A DNA stretch of 64,000 bases, taken from the NCBI RefSeq assembly GCF_009834535.1, contig NC_045696.1:84570001-84634000 (forward strand). Direction: 5' to 3'. Below, piece by piece: positions 24,861 to 36,684 of this stretch. The notes under the pieces were generated by a model, which was not told where the DNA came from, made no database searches, and was given only the letters and a program-made list of their open reading frames with translations. Every line of letters begins with the position of its first letter. Within the stretch, counting starts at the first letter, position 1. This stretch comes from Camelus ferus (Eukaryota). The translations under genes were made by a program, and so were the position numbers.

Positions 24861-25473
24861 ACGGTTAATTTCTCAATATACATACCAAGATTTACAGGAA
24901 CATTTACCGAGAATATCATCTTAATAACTGATGTCAATCCTCAGTCAAAATAAATTGTCATCAGTTCACTCATGTTGATTTTTCTTTTCTGTATTTTGAC
25001 ATCTTACATGGTGAATAAAATTTTTACCTTCTGTCTGAACAACAGACCTGTCTTTGCAGAGTTACACACTTTGGTAGCCTGTATTTTAAATTCAGATATG
25101 CATTTCAATTCAACTGAATTAAGTTCAGTAAATTTATCTTTAAGTATGCCACACAGTCTTCTCTGGGTGTTTTTTCTCTCTTGCAGTTGACTTACATCTA
25201 AAGTGCTACTTACTTGTTTATTTTTACTGGGATAAAGAAGGATCTTTTTGAAATAGCAAGTTTCTCTATCTTTCTATTTATGTATGTATTTAAACATCTA
25301 TGTATTCATAGATATACAGGGGAAGTAAAATGTATTTTCACATTAAAATTAATCATAGCTTATAGAGTACTTACTATATGTGTATGTTCTGTGAAAGGAT
25401 AAGGACGGATTTACTAATAGCTATACTCGTTCCCTACCAAAAGGCAATATAGAGTACAGGAAAACAGTCAGAA

Positions 25474-26005
25474 TGTTAGGTAGTTAGATAAGATGGAGGA
25501 GAGGGATGATGGTCTGGAAGATGGTGGTATGCCCACCTTCAGCATAAAGGGGTTTTATTTCCTCTAAATGAATGCCAGTAAGAAACCCCTTAGAACTTGA
25601 CAGCTGCAACTGCACCCTAACAACAAGGGCCTAACCAGACATGACCCAGTGCTCACTGTAATATAATTAATTGTAGTTTAGGTCCCTCCCGTGGGTTTTC
25701 CTGTGTGCATCATGGGTAAGGATATGTGCAAAAGGGAACGAACATGACTAAGCACTCCAAGGGCAAGAGGTGTCAATCAATCAAGAGACCATCTCTAAGC
25801 AAGGATAAAAGAGAAGGGGCAAACAAAAGACTGTAGGCATCTGCCCTTGGATCAGCCCGCCTCCCATTCTTGGAGATGTATTTTCCTTTGCTAAATAAAG
25901 CCTTTAAAATCTTTTGCTACACAATGCTTCTGTATCCTATCTGAATTCCTTTCTTCCAGGTAAGACAAGAACTGAGGTCTTGTCACTTCTCCTTTTGGGG
26001 TAACA
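25474..26005 (+). mobile_element. ERV1-class solo LTR (532 bp)
   Basis: TGTTA...TAACA termini; 4-bp TSD AGAA (25470-25473 and 26006-26009); TATA-like GATAAAA at 25804-25810; AATAAA at 25894-25899; U5-like tgaattcctttcttccaggtaagacaagaac. Confidence 0.9.
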
Positions 26006-26130
26006 AGAAGAACTAAATTTTAGTAGTGACTTTGGTACCCTAACCTTGGGGCTAATCATGTATCTCTCTAAGCACTAGTTTCTGCATCTCTTAAATAGGA
26101 ATGACACTTCCTAAAATCTAATTAAGATCC
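26006..26130 (+). mobile_element. MIR split by the ERV1 LTR (5' part at about 25445-25473)
   Basis: The rejoined sequence reads agtcagaagaact...aaccttggggctaatca...tctctctaagcactagtttctgcatctcttaaatagga. Confidence 0.65.
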
Positions 26131-26262
26131 TTTGTGGTAATTAACCAAAACTAGAAAAATTAATAAGTAATTACAAATTAAGAAGGTGGTAGATCTTAAA
26201 AATTCCAGTTGAAGATTCCAAACTTCAACATGAATTTAAGATTAAATAATATTACAATGTTT

Positions 26263-26455
26263 TGTAACACAATGGAAAATAAATCTAGATTTTAGACCTG
26301 CCTTAGCCACCTAAAAAAGCCAACTGACCTTGAGCAAGTACGTAAACTGCTGCTTTCCCCTCGTCACAGTGGGGATAACAATATTGATCTTCTGTAAACT
26401 CTGTGGGCTATTTTGAAGACCTAGGTTAATTTATGTGAAGCACTAGTTTGAACTA
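26263..26455 (+). mobile_element. MIR SINE
   Basis: agacctg...tgaccttgagcaagt...gtggggataacaata...tatgtgaagcact. Confidence 0.7.
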
Positions 26456-28874
26456 ATATGATTTTATTATTAAAACATTATAAGACAGATACAAAATTAT
26501 TGAATAAATAATGCAAAATGACATGAGGTACTTTAGGATTTCAGAGGAATGACATCTCCAGCCTAGGCCAGCCAAAGAAAGCTTTATAAAGGAGGGACTA
26601 AAAGCAAACTGGAATGCATTATACTCAACCTCATGTTTCAACATCTTTTTATTTGCATTTCTTTCATTTCAAAATCTAAAACAAATTAAGATAAACTTGA
26701 GGGTCAGGGAAAGGGCAGCAGAAGATAATTGTCCTGTGTAATGAAATATTACTGTGTCAACACAGAAATGCGAAGTGCTCAAATAAATTGTTAGTGTTTC
26801 ATTTTATATTCTGTGAAGCTTGTGTCACAAGAAGTTAATAATCAGCAAAGACACCAAATTCATGATGTGTCGGAATCATTTCTATTTTAATTCAAATGCT
26901 ATTGATAACAATAAAAATAAAAAATACATAATAAAATACAACAACTTGATTTCCTTGCACCTTACCCTGTCTCTTAATTTCAATTTAACAATTTCAATGC
27001 AAATGATGTTTCTATCCTTGATGATTTTCAGTTATTTAAAGTCTATGTCTTCCATATATGTTATCACTATATATATTGGACAAACTATTCCTGATTTTTT
27101 TTTGAAATAACCTTTGAAATATTTCTTTTTTATTTTGTGTCAAGTTCAAACTTTACAAAATGATTTTTGCGACTAACAGTACTACTAACAAAACAGTTTT
27201 AAAGAGGATAATTCCATTTGGTCTATTAGGTAAAGTAATTTATTATAAAGTGTTGTGATAATATTTTTAGAAGTTCTTTTTTTTTTTTTGGTGTTTCTTT
27301 TTTCTAAGACAATTCAATTAATTTCTTTTCACAGTTTCTGTTAGGCTTTTTCCCTATGTTGGAAAAAAATCCTCCTAGTTTCTTAAGTATTATATTTTAT
27401 GCTAATCCAGTAAAGTGCTAGTCTCAAAACAATAATCACTTGCAAAAGTTCTACCTGGATTAAATAGACTTTCAACATTTTCTGTCTTTTATTCCAAGAG
27501 ATATATGCCTCTTTATGTCCTATCTTTTTGCAATAATAAAATCTAAAGAAAATTATTTAAGTAAAATCTCCAGCATTAAAAATATAATGACTCATGATCT
27601 GAAAATAAAGGTAAACATGCAATCATAATTCTAACCATAATTTGAATCATAATTCAAAAAATGCATGTTGTTACCCTTTTTGAGTGATATATTCCTTTAT
27701 ACCACTGCCTCTATGACATTTCTATTTTAACGAAGTTTTATATTTGGGGAGGAAATGCATATGCATTTCATACATATTAGTAATGCTTAAATTAAGTGTT
27801 AATTGGTTTCTTAATTTTATTTTAGCTATGCTAAATCATACATAGATTCTTATAATAAGAAATATTGTAAATAAAAGTAGAAATACATTCCTTTGTTAGA
27901 CATAATAATATTTGACCACAAGAATTTACATCATTACAAAAATGTTTAAACTGTGAGCCTGGAATAGTTCAATTAATAGAAGAGTGTACAAAATTAGTAC
28001 AACTGTGTTCACTATATCCACAAGGGGACAATGACTCAACTATAAACAGCTTCTGCTGAGATTCAGCAGTCGGCCAAATTACTGTTTATTTCATAACATA
28101 TTTTTGCTGCGTCTGCCTAAAGGATAGTCAATTTGTGGTCCTTTTTAATTTGTGATGGATTTTCATTGAAAGTATTAACATTTTATAAATCATTTAACCA
28201 AGTCTCTACACGAGTATTTTAACAGAGAAAGAAAAGACATTCTTTTTTTCAGTATTAAAGAAAGATAGTTTTCTGTTATTTGCAGATTACAACCTAGTTT
28301 ATGAATATAGACAGATAGATAGATAGACAATTTTTAAAAAAGAAACCCATTAAAAAGCAAGAGTATTGCACTTCCACAACTGCACCCAATTTTATATTTA
28401 TTTCAACTGGATATCCCAATATTGTTTCATAGGTATGGTGATACTAAACTGTTCCTTGCATGTATTTTCTAGTCCAAAAAATTACAATAAGGAAAATAAG
28501 AGAGTCCTACAATGAGACACATGCATATGGGTCCCTGAAGATAGAAGCCTGGAGGAGGCAGTTACTCAAGTGTTTCTGAATTTCGTCCTAATCCTTCATT
28601 AGAGATTTGAATTTAGAATTAAGGGCTGTTATTACTAAATTCATTAAAAAAAGAATATTAAAGCTCAAAAATGTAAATAAATGTAGAGGACTCAAAGTTA
28701 GAAAACGACTTTAGGTTCAATTAGTCCAACACCAAATTCTATGTTTTTATTTTCCCCCTGTACCCTGGTAAAACATGTGCCCAAGTAAAATATGTACTAA
28801 GTAATTCAAACAAAACTATGTTCAAAAATAAAATAAGACAGTACTTGAAAATGTTGTACTTATTTGTGCTCAAT

Positions 28875-29465
28875 CACTTTGGAAAGAGATGTAACACTCT
28901 GCTTTGAAGTTGGACGTTTATATACCACAGAACCCATCATTCTGGCTCTAGATATACATTCCAGTGACACTCTTGCAAATGTGCATCAGGACACATGCAC
29001 ACACATTTTCTTGTAAGCACTGTTCACAATGGCAAAAATCTGGAAAGGACTGAAATGTTCACTGACAGAAAAATGGATAAATAAATTATGGTGTATAGAT
29101 TATTATACAGAAGTGAAAATGAATGAGCTAGGTTTGTATATAGCAACATAGATGGATCTTAGAATCAATGTAGAGTAAAAACAGCAAGTCCGAGAAGATT
29201 ACATACAGGATGATAGCATTTTTATGTCTTTACAAAAATAAAAAGCAAACAGTTTGATAGGGAAAACTACATGCATGACCAAGTTAGATCAAAAAAGTAA
29301 ACAGAACACCACACAAAATTAAGGGGACGAGATGGGGGAGGAATATGTAGGTGCAACAGTAATCAAACCGATTAGTTCATAAAATTAAGGGTGGTTTACA
29401 GGGTTTGCTCATTATGTTTAAATATATATCTATAAAATATCTTTTTCTGTATCAAATATTTCTAC
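28875..29465 (+). mobile_element. L1ME3/4-like 3' end
   Basis: gcactgttcacaatggcaaaaatctggaaa...aatggataaataaattatggt...aaaatgaatgagcta...gcaacatagatggatctt. Confidence 0.85.
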
Positions 29466-29484
29466 TGCTTAAGTACTCAAATCT

Positions 29485-30210
29485 ACCATTCAGCCCAGGT
29501 TATCTGAGTCAGTATTTGACTACCCCCATTACCCTCCCACAAGTCCAGACAGCCCAGTTCAGGGAGAGACACCTTCCCTCAGGACGAGGAGAGTACAGTG
29601 AGCACCAGACTTCACCGTGGACGCCAGACTTGGCCTTTCCCAGCACCAGGCTGACTTCCACAGCTCTCGGTGGCTCCTGCCTGCACCAGTGGCCCAGGCA
29701 CTGGCTAGGGGCCAGAATGGCATCCTTGGCAAGCTCCATGTGGGCTCCCACAAACTCACGGCACAGCTGAGCCTGCTACTCCAGCAGAGATCTAACAGCA
29801 GGCCTCCAGGGAACCTAGGCCCCTCCCTCTGTCCGTGCCTGCTGGCTTCAGAGGCCACAGGAGGCTCCTGTGGCACCAGGCCTGCAGTGGGCTCCCAGGA
29901 GCCCCAGGTAAGAGAGGAATGATACACTCAAAGTGCTGAAAGGAAAACAACTGCTTACCAAGAATACTTTACCCAGAAAATTGTCTTTCAGGAATGAAGG
30001 AAAAATAAAAACTTTCTTAAAGGAGTTTATTAACACTAGGCCTGCTGAGGGAGTTTATCAATACTAATTATGTTAGGGAAAGGAAGTATTAAGTAATCTT
30101 ATTGTGGTAATCATTCTGCACTATATACATGAATCGAATCATCACATTGTACACTTTAACCTGACATGTTATATGTCAATAATATTTCAGTAAAGCTGGG
30201 GGAAAATTAC
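29485..30210 (+). mobile_element. Internally deleted L1 mosaic: L1M2/M3-like 5'UTR, ORF1 C-terminal piece, 3' terminus
   Basis: GC-rich 5'UTR-like block to 29907; ORF1 CTD-like tcaaagtgctgaaaggaaaa...ccaagaatactttacccagaaaattgtctttcaggaatgaagg at 29908-30066; 3' end ttgtggtaatcatt...atcacattgtacac...tatatgtcaat...taaagctgg at about 30085-30210. Confidence 0.75.
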
Positions 30211-30369
30211 CAATAAAAATAATTTTAAAAGTCAAATAAGATATTTCAAGGAAAAACATTTTAGAAGCATGCCAAAATTGGTTAGAGAATTGCATGTTTT
30301 TATTCTGGAAAATACTTCACTAGGAAAATGCATATAATCTACTATTATAATTTGGAACAGTAACCTGGT

Positions 30370-31060
30370 CAGACTTTCATTTCAAGGTAAGGTGTTAGCT
30401 ATGTGAAATATTGACCATAGGGAGGCAGAGATGGATGCTGGGAAAGCAATCAGGAGACCATTTCAGTTGAGGAATGATTCTAGCTGAATTAGACTTAGTG
30501 GTGGATGTGGTGAACAAAGTTTGGATTCTAGATATATTTCATAGTTATATCTATTAATGTAAAATGTAAGAGAAAAAAAGACTTCAATGTATGGATTTTG
30601 AATTGGAGTGGAATGGAGTTTTCATTTGCTGAAATGGAGAAAACTGTCTGAGGGTCATGTTTAGAAGATGGAACATAAGACTGTGTTTTTGAACATTTTA
30701 GATTTGTGATAACCATTATACATCCATAGGAAGTTGAGGGATAAATGTCTGAAGTTCAGGGGAGGCATCAGAGCTGCAGGTATAAATGTGGACATCACTG
30801 ATGGATGGAGAGTTTGGTACTTACAGCCCAGTGAGGAGAGTTGAAATGATAAGGAGTGAGTCAGGAACTGAGCCTTGACAACCAAAGGAAACTGAACTCT
30901 GAAGTCCAGAGAGTTAGAACATTAAGAGAAGGCAGTCCTGATGTCCAAGCAGGACCATGCTGGAAGAGAGGAAGAATGAGTGAGCAGTTGCGTCCAGTGT
31001 GGCTGACTTATGGGGTAAGAGGAGGTTGAGAAAGACACAGGGTTTGGCACCATAAAGACA
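30370..31060 (-). mobile_element. L2 fragment
   Basis: gagatggatgctgggaaagcaatcaggag, ttggattctagatatattt, gaagttcagggg...gctgcaggtataaatgtgg and aggactgagccttg-like motifs. Confidence 0.8.
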
Positions 31061-33309
31061 GTGGAGGCTCACATCCTATGCCTATTACAAGTTATAAATC
31101 AAGGCAATACATTCTTAAATAAAATAATCTCTTCACTTCCAGCTTGACAAAAGAAACTTAACAAAATAGAAAAAAGAATTGTGACTAAATTTTGTTACAT
31201 TATTAAAGATGAGCCACAGATTAGTTTACAAAGGAGAAAAAAAAATGGCATATGGCGCCACTATTTCTGAGCAATGTTCTATTTTATTCATCCTGAGAGG
31301 AAGAATGTGTTTGTTACCTTGACTTTTCTACTGCTTAAACACTCAAATTCACTGTTCAGTTCAGACAATTTGAGTCAGTCTTTCATGGCAGAAGATTAAA
31401 TAACTACAAACTTTCACAGCATCTGGGTGCAGGCAGTGTTTTCTTGGAGAAAAGGGGACAGGAGACATGGAGCAAAGTGTTCTCCAGGGCCAGAATAGTG
31501 TCAAGTGTGTGAACAAATGTTTTAGGTCACAATGTGCTATCAAGATCAGGTCCTAAATGAGAGAGGCATCCATGTATTGTTTACTAACATTTCTGAGCCT
31601 CGGGAAGAGCAGGGAGCAGGACGTCATGATCTGTTTGGGCTAACACAGGTAGCAAGTGTGTAAGATTGTGACCCTCTCATCCTGAGCATGGCTAAAGGTG
31701 AGGAGACCCAGAGATGGTGCTTCTTCAGGATTCCTTGTGTTGCTCTCTGTCTCATGCCAAAGTTTTAGAATGGGGAACACACACAGAACACAGAAATCAT
31801 GGGCTTGAACAGACTCCACCTGTTACAGCCGAAACATTTTTTTTTTCTCTATTGAAGAATGTAGGTACCGGGAAAATATCAGGGCTTGGAAGTAAGTTGG
31901 TTCATTCCTTCTTTATTCCACACTACTTCATATTCCCTAGAACTAAGCTGATGACCTGGCATAATTTTTATGCATTCCTGATCCTCAGGGTAGGATCAAA
32001 GCCCGCTTTCTAAGGGCTGAATATAGCACAACTGCTTATTTTGTTTAAGGCTACTTCTCAGATACTTATATTTTTTCTGACAAGTCAAAGAAATTAAAAT
32101 TAGTATAAGGAGATTTAATGAGAAGAAAAATAATTTTCTTTGCTCAATGGAATTCATAAAAAGTATCTTTTAGAATTCGGGTATCACAGATACTTATTTT
32201 TCCATGCATTTGAAGTTGAATATTACACTGCATATGAAAGCCAAGAAATTATTTTATGAAATGAATTTAATCGTTTTAGTTTGATTGCATAAAATATGTT
32301 ATCAGAAGCTATGGCAAATTGATTTTTGGATGGAGAGGGATTTCCAAGGCATTAAGCGATTTGCTTTTGCTTGTCAGCAAGACAGAGACAAGAAATATTT
32401 TATCTCATTTGGGCCTGTGGCTCTTGTTTGGTTCATTAGTTTTCATTCAAGTTCATCTACATGCCACAGTTAATATACTAATGCCTTAATGAGTGTGTAT
32501 AAATAAGCTAAGGCAGAATTTGGTCTATAAATTCCCAAGACACAATTGCTTCTATAATGTATATAGTTCATTTCTTCTAATTATCTTCAATTAACATAGA
32601 CTATAAGCGAAACTAGTACTTTTCACATACAAATGTGTGTGTTGTCACTACATTATCCAGAGCTCTAGAAATCTGTATAATTAGAATTTATGTAAATGAT
32701 GGTTTAATGATTCCAAAGTCTAAGCTTAATAAAACTTGAAAATTTTATGCAGATTTATTTAAATATAAACTTTTCTCTAAAATTTCCCAACTTCTCCACT
32801 TCAGCACAGGTATAAACAACTTTTTTATTCCATGGAAAGTTTGACTGATTTTTTTCAGTTTTAACATATGCCATGTTTATTATAATTTTAATATAATTTC
32901 ACAATGAAAACAAGGGCTCCTTGGGGGCAGGGACAATAAAGCATTCATTGGTGTCCACAGTGAAAAAATACAACCAATAAAGCCAAGTAAGCATAGCAAG
33001 TATTTATTGGCTCTTCCTACAATGATTTTCTTCTCCTTTTTCTATCCTAGAAAATCCTGTCCTCTCTCTCCCCTTTGTGTGTCCCTCTTCCCACTATTTA
33101 GTGCTATATAAGTTTATAGCCTTATATATGTTGATTATATTCTTTCAGAGTTCATCTAGGTTATAGCTACAGCTGCTGCCTCCAAAGTGTACAGTCATAT
33201 ATTTACCTTGTCTTCTCATTTGCTCTCCATCTCATGTGTAAGATTGCTGCATAGGGTTCCACATCTCCCCCACATATTTCTCCCTGCTTTCCTAATTGCT
33301 CTTAACTTC

Positions 33310-33800
33310 CTACACTCTGGCCTACTGGTATAACCACTTCTCAATTTGTCCCCCATGACTTCAGTATCTTTCCTTTCAATCTATATTTTCTTCTAACAAC
33401 AAAACTTTTTTCTCAAACACAGATTTAATCATATCACCTTTCTGTTTCAAAATCTGTACTACATATAGTCCTCTACTATCTGATAATCCACCATGCCCTT
33501 AACCCAGATCTCCAGCCTATTTCTTATGATAATTCCCATGCCCTAGATTACTCACCATTCTCCAAATACGCCATGGGGTTGTCTACCTTGGTGTCTTTTC
33601 CTACAATTTATCTTCTATCTTGAAAAAAATATTATCTCATCTATTCTTCCGTCATTCGTCAATAGTGAGTTCATACGTGAAGACTTTTCTGCAGTTGGAA
33701 TTGATCTCATTCTTTTGGAAATCACATTTTATTTAAACTTTACATCACATGTTGGAAATAATAGTGTATGTAAATACTTATCTCTCCTACCGTATTTTAA
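33310..33800 (+). mobile_element. L2 fragment
   Basis: ctcaaacacagatttaatcatatcacctttctgtttcaaaat, tctccagcctatttct, tactcaccattctccaaatacgccatg. Confidence 0.65.
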
Positions 33801-34356
33801 TTTTCCTAAAGACAAATAAGACACAGCTCTCGCTGTGCTAGGATGAGCATGAGTGATGGTAATGTTCTCCAACTGCACTCTTCTTTCCTGACTATCTCTG
33901 TAACATATTTAAAAGGTACTGGGAAGGCTTTTATGTCTGTAATGAACCCTCTGGACTTAGGGCACTGCAAAGAGGGAGCCCAGCTTATAGTTCTACATAC
34001 CAATTCTTGATGAGCAGTTAGGTTCCGTAACGCAATTTACAAAATGACACTAAAAGATTAACGTTTAATTACATTCTCCATCATCTTATTCCCTCTTTTA
34101 TTGTTGTTGCTATGCTACTTATATTTGCACAATTAACCAGAAGGCTCCTACATACTAGCAACCATTGCTTTACCTCGTCTGTGTCTCCCTACAGCTGCTA
34201 CTCATAACACCCAATAGTTTAATAAACACAGAAAAATCTGACTTGGTAATTGGGTTTTTGTTTGTTTCTTTATATTCTCATCTGTATAATTCTTGTCATA
34301 AATCATTCAATGTATAATACTTACAGTTGCATTATAGAGACATTTTAAGCTCCCTT

Positions 34357-34393
34357 ATCTGTCTGTCTGTCTGTCTATCTATCATCTATCTAT
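34357..34393. repeat. (TCTG)n(TCTA)n microsatellite
   Basis: Read directly from the sequence. Confidence 0.85.
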
Positions 34394-34721
34394 TCAATAA
34401 ATTTCTCATCACAATGAAACATATTAGATGTTTAGGTGCATATATTCCCTTTTTATCATTTAAAATATTTTAAATTATTTGATCTACTTTAAAAAAAGTA
34501 TTCTTCTATTAATATCTTCTTTTTTAGGGCTCAGATTTAGTCACCATCTTTGAAAAATACAACACATTCACAAACAGAATGTGACCAACCAAACAGAAAT
34601 ACCTATCATCTGGCTACAAAGTTCGGCAAAAGACATTTGTTTGCAAATAGAAAGTTTTTCCCTCACAGAAAAAGACAGATTCACTGTAAACATAGTAACA
34701 AGTAACCAAAATATTCAAGAT

Positions 34722-35345
34722 TTCATTTCTGTGGTAAAATGCCCAGGAGTGTGATGACTAGATTGTGTGATGATTACATTTTTAGTTTTATAAAGAAAAC
34801 TGGCAAAATATTTTCCAGAGCATCTATTCTATTTTTCATTCCCACCAGCAATGTGTGAGAGATCCAGTTTCTCTGTATCTTTGTCAGCATTTTGTGTTAG
34901 CATTGTTTTTATTTTACCCATTCTCATAGATGTGTAGCGGTATCTCATCATAATCTTAATGTGTGTTTCCCTTATGGCTGATGAAGCTGAACATCGTTTT
35001 AGATGTTCATTTGCCATCTGTATATTCTCTTCAATTATATTTTCCAGATATAAATAACCATGTCAGAAAAATAGTTGGTAAATATTTCTTCCCAGTCTGT
35101 AGCTCATCTTTCCATTTTTTAACAAGGTCTTTTGCAGAAGAAAGTTAAGTCCAATTTATCCATTTTTTTTTTCTTGTATGAATGTGCCCTTGGTGTTATG
35201 TTTAAAAATTCTTTACCAAACTCTACGTCCCAAAGATTTTCTCCTATTTTTATTTCTAAATGCTTTACAGTTTTATATTCTACATTCAAACATTCCATAT
35301 TGAGTTCACTTTTGAATAATGTGTAAGATTTAGGCTGAGGATCAT
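34722..35345 (-). mobile_element. Old L1 (L1MC/MD-like) ORF2 C-terminal fragment
   Basis: Minus-strand ORF MANEHLKRCSASSAIRETHIKIMMRYRYT matches the L1 ORF2 cysteine-rich end; cattcccaccagcaatgtgtgagagatccagtt. Confidence 0.88.
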
Positions 35346-36599
35346 TATAGATGAATTATGATATAAAATTCAATCAAAATAATAACACATGCACTATGTA
35401 AATGAAAAAGTCTATATAAAACACGTTAAATAAAAGGTAGGATTTGTTCCATAAAAAGCAAGATTCACAATGATGTATTTACTTTGATAACAACTATGTA
35501 AAAATTTAACTTAATTAATTTATTTACTAACCTACCCTCTTCAAAAAAGGAAAATGTGGTTTTAAGTACTTTACTGTGAATTTCTGAATGTTAAGGATTG
35601 GAAGTCTTCAAAAGTGCTTGTAAGTAGGACATGTTTTGTCATGACAGTTTAATTTATTTTCTGTCATTAAGCTGCTGTTGTTTCTTTTTCTTCAGACATC
35701 TGTCTGAAATATACTATATAATTATGCTTATTATGGATAAGAAAGAAAATATCAATTTAGAAAGTGAAAATTTTTTAAAAACTGCATTTTATATATAAAA
35801 ACATTTAGATAATAGTAACCAGTTACAACCAAGAAATTGCTTGTAACAGTTGCAAACTTTTAGATGACCTTGTCTGCTGGTAATGGTGAGTCATTCTTGC
35901 AAATAAGATGAATATTAATAAATGTGGAAGCAAGGAATACTTTATACAAATCCTATGAGTGTTAATTCAAAAAGAACTTTGATGAAAAATTGTTCTTAAA
36001 GCAATAATGAAATGTGATTCTGTTGATCTTGCTAGGATCTCCAATGTGATGTTATTTGAATACTAACCAATAACATTTCTAACATTTATCAATGTCTGAT
36101 AATTTTCTAATACTCAGTCCTGTACAAATGCTACTAAACAATATTTTTAGTTATTAGGAATGTGAATAGAAAGTTATAAAAGTACAGATTTGAGAATTTG
36201 AGAATTCTTGAGAATTCTAATTTTCATTACCAAATGTAATAATTTATATGTGTTGTAAATTTGGAAAGAATAAGTTATAAGTTAATTCACTTAAAGATGG
36301 GCATACTGAAGAGTAAAATTTAAATAAGAAAATAAGTTTACCACGTTTTAAAAGTTATAAATCCAAAGGAACTCACTGGATCAAAATTAATGTCTCTACT
36401 TGACAGAAAAAGGTTAAAAAGTAAAACAAATCATGTATTTTACATGAGAGCTACAATACTTATAAAATATTTTAACAGAATTGAGATCAAATATATTAAT
36501 TATGGCAATAAATGTTAATAGGCTTAATTGGCCTATTAAAATAAATAGAATTGAGGAAGTAAGGATCAAAGTTCAATGCTAAAGTGGAATACATATATA

Positions 36600-36682
36600 C
36601 GCAAATATATTGAGATATGTATCAGCCCTAAACATACAAAGAGATGTTCAGTTTTACTACTCATTACAGAAAAACATGGAAG
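36600..36682 (+). mobile_element. L1ME-like ORF2-end, left half (continues at about 38475)
   Basis: aaacatacaaagagatgttcag (KHTKRCS). Confidence 0.6.
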
Positions 36683-36684
36683 AA

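Noticed and set aside
29405..29927. Four overlapping 80-122 aa ORFs suggesting a gene or CpG-island promoter
   Set aside because: Stop-poor GC-rich L1 5'UTR sequence with few CpGs and no recognisable protein.
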